Shown here one piece after another: positions 60,764 through 64,000 of a DNA stretch of 64,000 bases. The stretch covers positions 50,811 through 114,810 of the forward strand of contig CAZYYD010000001.1 in NCBI GenBank assembly GCA_964651225.1, read 5' to 3'. Position 1 is the stretch's first letter; every line of letters starts with the position of its first letter. The notes under the pieces were generated by a model, which saw only the letters and a list, made by a program, of their open reading frames with translations, had not been told where the DNA came from and ran no database searches. A program made the position numbers and the translations under genes. Origin of the DNA: an uncultured Ignavibacteriaceae bacterium (GTDB lineage Bacteria; Bacteroidota; Ignavibacteria; UBA10030).

Positions 60764-61752
60764 GGTTTTTTACTCCATGATTGTGCGAGCAAGGAAAGAT
60801 TATCTGCCACTACAAGAATATTCATATTCTTCACAGCACTGATACAAATTCCGCGTGAAATAGAAATTCGTTTGACCCAGTGTTCAGGGATCGCTTGAAT
60901 CCCATGCGACGCACCGCAGATCGCACCCGCAATTGCAGCGATCGTATCGGTATCCCTGCCCATATTTACTGCACCGAGCACAGCATCTTCAAATATTCCC
61001 TTTGCCGCTGCGACGATCCCGAACGCAAGTCCAACCGCTTCGGGAGCGACATCGGGCCAAAAATAATAAGAACATGCGAGTGATGTATACAACGGCGCTA
61101 ATGAACTCCAGACATCAGCACATGAACTCCCAAGAGAAATTCCACGAGTGATAGAGGATGCTGTCCAGGAATTTTTCGGGACAACATCCAGCGCTGCTTG
61201 AGCGACCTTTTCGAAGGATGCTCCGGTCATGGCAACAGCAATAGCCGCGGCCACAGCTTGCCCGCAATATATTCCCTCACCGGCATTGGCAACAACGCCA
61301 TCTTCTTTCGCAAGATGCGCTGCAAAATAAGGATCGCCTGCAGAAGCGATACCATACGGAGCAACGCGCATTGCCAAACCGTCACTCCAACTGTGGACAT
61401 GCTGACCGGAAGCGGGGGGCTGCAAACCGTCTAAGAGATTGTGAAGCGCAATGATTTCACTGAATCCGGCTCCTTTGTATGTATTCGCTGAATTGATGAT
61501 ATCGCGACGATACGCATCTGCGACCATGGCCGATGTCAGGTCTCGCTTATACTGTAAAAGTAATTTGGCACCGAATAACGCATATTCCGTATCATCACTT
61601 CCACCTTGCTCGTCCGAAAGAAAATCGGTCACTCTGCCCCAGCGTGCAAAGATTTCAGCGGGGGTTTTACCTTCTGTCGGACTGCCGAGAGCATCTCCCA
61701 CGGCGAGACCAATGAAAGAACCGCGAGCCCTCTCTTGAAGAGTGATCACCAT
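60760..61752 (-). CDS. ADP-ribosylglycohydrolase-fold protein, paralog 4 (canonical motifs present)
   Basis: GLAVGDALGSPTEG, GSDDTEYALF and GRDTDTIAAIAGA are all present. Confidence 0.8.
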   Translation of the reverse strand: MVITLQERARGSFIGLAVGDALGSPTEGKTPAEIFARWGRVTDFLSDEQGGSDDTEYALFGAKLLLQYKRDLTSAMVADAYRRDIINSANTYKGAGFSEIIALHNLLDGLQPPASGQHVHSWSDGLAMRVAPYGIASAGDPYFAAHLAKEDGVVANAGEGIYCGQAVAAAIAVAMTGASFEKVAQAALDVVPKNSWTASSITRGISLGSSCADVWSSLAPLYTSLACSYYFWPDVAPEAVGLAFGIVAAAKGIFEDAVLGAVNMGRDTDTIAAIAGAICGASHGIQAIPEHWVKRISISRGICISAVKNMNILVVADNLSLLAQSWSKKP

Positions 61753-63107
61753 ACCTCCCCGTGTTTTTTGTAACGAGAGAGAACAATATTACTTTCATGT
61801 TCGATCCGCTGAGCTGCTTGATCTACAGAAAATCGACCGGCAAATAATTCCTGCAGTATGGGATTGGCAACACGGCTTTTCCATTCTTCATAGCCTGGTG
61901 CACCAAGCCAAATTCCTACCCCAAGGGTTGAAACTGCAGAACAGGTGACATCCCATCCTCCGAGGGTATCTTGAAATTCAGGCATGGATAAACACGATTT
62001 CCTCGCTGGGATCATCCAATCATTCAAGGCGAGACGAGCTGTGTTCTTTGAGCTCAGCATGAAATCAATGAACATCATTGCATCTTTTGCTCGTTTTGAT
62101 TTTTTAGGCACACTCAAGGTTTGTGTACTTGCACCGTACTGCTGTGTTTTTGCTTTGAGCGGGGGCATCACTCCCCAGCGGAATTCTTTCGGCGCGTTCT
62201 CGACGAGCTGCTGTCTTCCCCATGATCCAATGCCCACGAGCATCGCATATCTTCCGCCGAAGAACCCGGGGATCATTCCTGCACCGGTCTCGCCGATACT
62301 CGCCGGTGAAACAGACTTATCTTTATATATCATATCGACGATGGTCTGGAGCAATTTCTTTTCCTCCTCCTTTACCCTCACGACATAATGATCCCCCTCC
62401 TTTTGGAAGAAAGAACCGCCGAAGCTGATGGAGGTGTTCATGATAATGTTTGCGGAGTTGCGCAGTCCGAATCCAGCACCATATTGATCGATGACCCCGT
62501 CACCATTGGTATCTCTCGTCAAGCGACGTGACGCTGCTTGCAGATCATCCCATGTCCATGGATGATCAATGGTAGGAGGAATGATCCCCTCTTTTTCCAG
62601 AAGAGATCTGTTATAGAGCACCACAAGCGATTCAATAAGAAACGGAATGCCTCCCACTTCTCCATTTGGTCTCGTTACTGTTGCCCATGCCACATTGAGA
62701 ATATCGCTTTTCATTTCTGCAGAAATAAACGGGGAAAGATCTGTCAGGTATCCGCGCATTGCATAATCAATAATGACGGAGGATTCATAATGGAAGATAT
62801 CAGGCACATCCCCGGTCTCGAATGCCGTTATCAAATAATCATGCGCAGAGTTCCACGTTCCTTGGATGTACTCAACCTGCATATCGGGATGAACTGCATT
62901 CCATTCATTCACGATGGACCTGTTTGTTGCGATCGCTCGTTCTTGCCACGCAAGACTCACAAGACGGAGCGGAAGATTCTGCTCGTTGTCCTTGTTCCGC
63001 ATGGACCAAAATACCAGTGCAGCCCCGATCATGGCAACAGAGAGTATGATAAGAATTCGTTTCACTATCCTTTTAACGCTCCAGAGACCAATCCTGTTGT
63101 AAACCAT
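61746..63107 (-). CDS. ABC transporter substrate-binding protein, family 1 (carbohydrate-type), lipoprotein or anchored
   Basis: N-terminal TM/signal region and SBP_bac_1-like fold, adjacent to MalG/MalF-like permeases. Confidence 0.8.
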   Translation of the reverse strand: MVYNRIGLWSVKRIVKRILIILSVAMIGAALVFWSMRNKDNEQNLPLRLVSLAWQERAIATNRSIVNEWNAVHPDMQVEYIQGTWNSAHDYLITAFETGDVPDIFHYESSVIIDYAMRGYLTDLSPFISAEMKSDILNVAWATVTRPNGEVGGIPFLIESLVVLYNRSLLEKEGIIPPTIDHPWTWDDLQAASRRLTRDTNGDGVIDQYGAGFGLRNSANIIMNTSISFGGSFFQKEGDHYVVRVKEEEKKLLQTIVDMIYKDKSVSPASIGETGAGMIPGFFGGRYAMLVGIGSWGRQQLVENAPKEFRWGVMPPLKAKTQQYGASTQTLSVPKKSKRAKDAMMFIDFMLSSKNTARLALNDWMIPARKSCLSMPEFQDTLGGWDVTCSAVSTLGVGIWLGAPGYEEWKSRVANPILQELFAGRFSVDQAAQRIEHESNIVLSRYKKHGEVW

Positions 63108-63901
63108 TTACGCAAGAAGATGAACAAAACAATTGATGGTATGGTTGCGATAACGCTCGCCGCTGCAAGGGGACCGGTCCTTGCTTGTCCTTCCATTCCC
63201 GTGTATCGTGCCAATTCCACCTGCAATGTTGCGAGCGCCGGACTTTTCATCAAGACGAAAGCAAAGAAGAATTCATTCCATGCTGAGATGAAGGCGAAAA
63301 GTGCCGATGCACCGATCGCGGGAAGGAGCAATGGCATCAACACCTTGAAGATCACTTGAGATCGACTCGCTCCGTCGATAACAGCCGCTTCCTCCAATTC
63401 CACGGGAATACTTTTCACATACCCGTGCATCATCCATAGCACAAACGGTAATGACCAAACGACATAAATCAAGGTGAGTCCCATGAGAGAATCCGTCAAT
63501 CCGATATGCCTCAACAGGACATAGAGAGGGATCATCACCAAGATGACAGGAAATATTTGCGACGCGAGAATCCATCCCAAGATAGCATTGTTGACCATGG
63601 ATTTATAGCGCACCATCGCATAGGCCGACGGAACCGCGAGAAGCACAACGAGCATGGTCGATATCACGCCAACAACAACACTGTTCCACATACTTCGAAA
63701 GATCTGTTGACCCTTGATCACGGAAACATAGTGGTCGAATGAGATCTGTTGGGGCAATATCGTCGGAGATCCGGAATAAATTTCCTGCGTCGATTTCAAT
63801 GAACTTGCCACGACCCACAACAACGGGAACAGTAAGAATATGAGGTAGAGAATGATCAATCCATGAATCATAGTTTTTGAAAGTGGACTCATAGTCATCA
63901 T
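63065..63901 (-). CDS. carbohydrate ABC transporter permease (MalG-like)
   Basis: Six TM helices and the EAA loop region (VELEEAAVIDGASRSQVFFKV). Confidence 0.85.
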   Translation of the reverse strand: MMTMSPLSKTMIHGLIILYLIFLLFPLLWVVASSLKSTQEIYSGSPTILPQQISFDHYVSVIKGQQIFRSMWNSVVVGVISTMLVVLLAVPSAYAMVRYKSMVNNAILGWILASQIFPVILVMIPLYVLLRHIGLTDSLMGLTLIYVVWSLPFVLWMMHGYVKSIPVELEEAAVIDGASRSQVIFKVLMPLLLPAIGASALFAFISAWNEFFFAFVLMKSPALATLQVELARYTGMEGQARTGPLAAASVIATIPSIVLFIFLRKWFTTGLVSGALKG

Positions 63902-64000
63902 GATTCATTTCTCTCGTGTAATTGCAGTCTGATATACATGAACAACATCACCGAAAGGATAATGACCATAACATTGCCAATCGCTGCGGCATAACCGATA
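63898..64000 (-). CDS. carbohydrate ABC transporter permease (MalF-like), 3' end only; the gene continues beyond the window
   Basis: Hand translation of the minus strand gives ...IGYAAAIGNVMVIILSVMLFMYIRLQLHERNES*. The stop overlaps the downstream permease start as ATGA. Confidence 0.55.
   Translation of the reverse strand, partial: IGYAAAIGNVMVIILSVMLFMYIRLQLHERNES

Noticed and set aside
1-64000. CRISPR array or other regularly spaced repeat arrays
   Set aside because: I scanned intergenic regions by eye for repeat-spacer periodicity. I found only the 37-nt tRNA-associated pair and short local repeats. No array or cas genes were seen.

Overview
This 64-kb window looks like chromosomal DNA from an FCB-group bacterium: one secreted protein carries a T9SS C-terminal sorting domain. 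Many genes are preceded by AGGAG-like Shine-Dalgarno sequences, which argues against a classical Bacteroidia genome. I cannot assign the organism from sequence alone.

Main annotated blocks, in order:
- thrA(3' part)-thrB-thrC with ATGA start/stop overlaps; a YbaK/ProX-type deacylase; a lipoprotein M49 dipeptidyl-peptidase III.
- A complete kdp potassium-uptake locus on the minus strand with the non-canonical order kdpC-kdpF-kdpA-kdpB-(small ORF)-kdpD-kdpE.
- A redox/stress cluster on the plus strand: MarR, NAD(P)H-FMN reductase, DoxX, a muconolactone-isomerase-like small protein, YceI, 6-phosphofructokinase and an asparaginase-domain protein.
- A tRNA-Val locus where a 92-aa GIY-YIG mini-ORF sits between the tRNA and a degenerate tRNA copy, bounded by 37-nt direct repeats.
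- A 986-aa protein with about eight PAS domains and no kinase, ending in a Cys/His-rich tail.
- A TerB-like protein, an IS3-family OrfA remnant fused upstream of an alpha/beta hydrolase, and cydAB.
- A long minus-strand run: TVGYG/RCK K+ channel, COG1067 Lon-like protease, DUF72, CorC/HlyC, a 953-aa Upf1-like SF1 helicase, PriA, LarC and the Kdo transferase gene waaA (kdtA).
- An ISKra4-like insertion, followed by an AT-rich block with a porin and degraded ORFs, and a BNR-repeat T9SS protein.
- An orphan 3' half of tRNA-Phe, then a roughly 12.4-kb co-directional minus-strand cluster running to the end of the window.

The best candidate for an undescribed system is that final cluster at 51.6-64 kb. 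It combines a CUT1-type sugar ABC importer, four tandem translationally coupled ADP-ribosylglycohydrolase-fold paralogs, an aldo-keto reductase, a CitD-CitE fusion plus CitF, a TerC-family membrane protein and a MalK-like ATPase. Two of the four paralogs have lost canonical metal-site residues. The orphan tRNA-Phe half just upstream suggests the cluster may lie on an integrated island. No CRISPR array or rRNA gene was seen.
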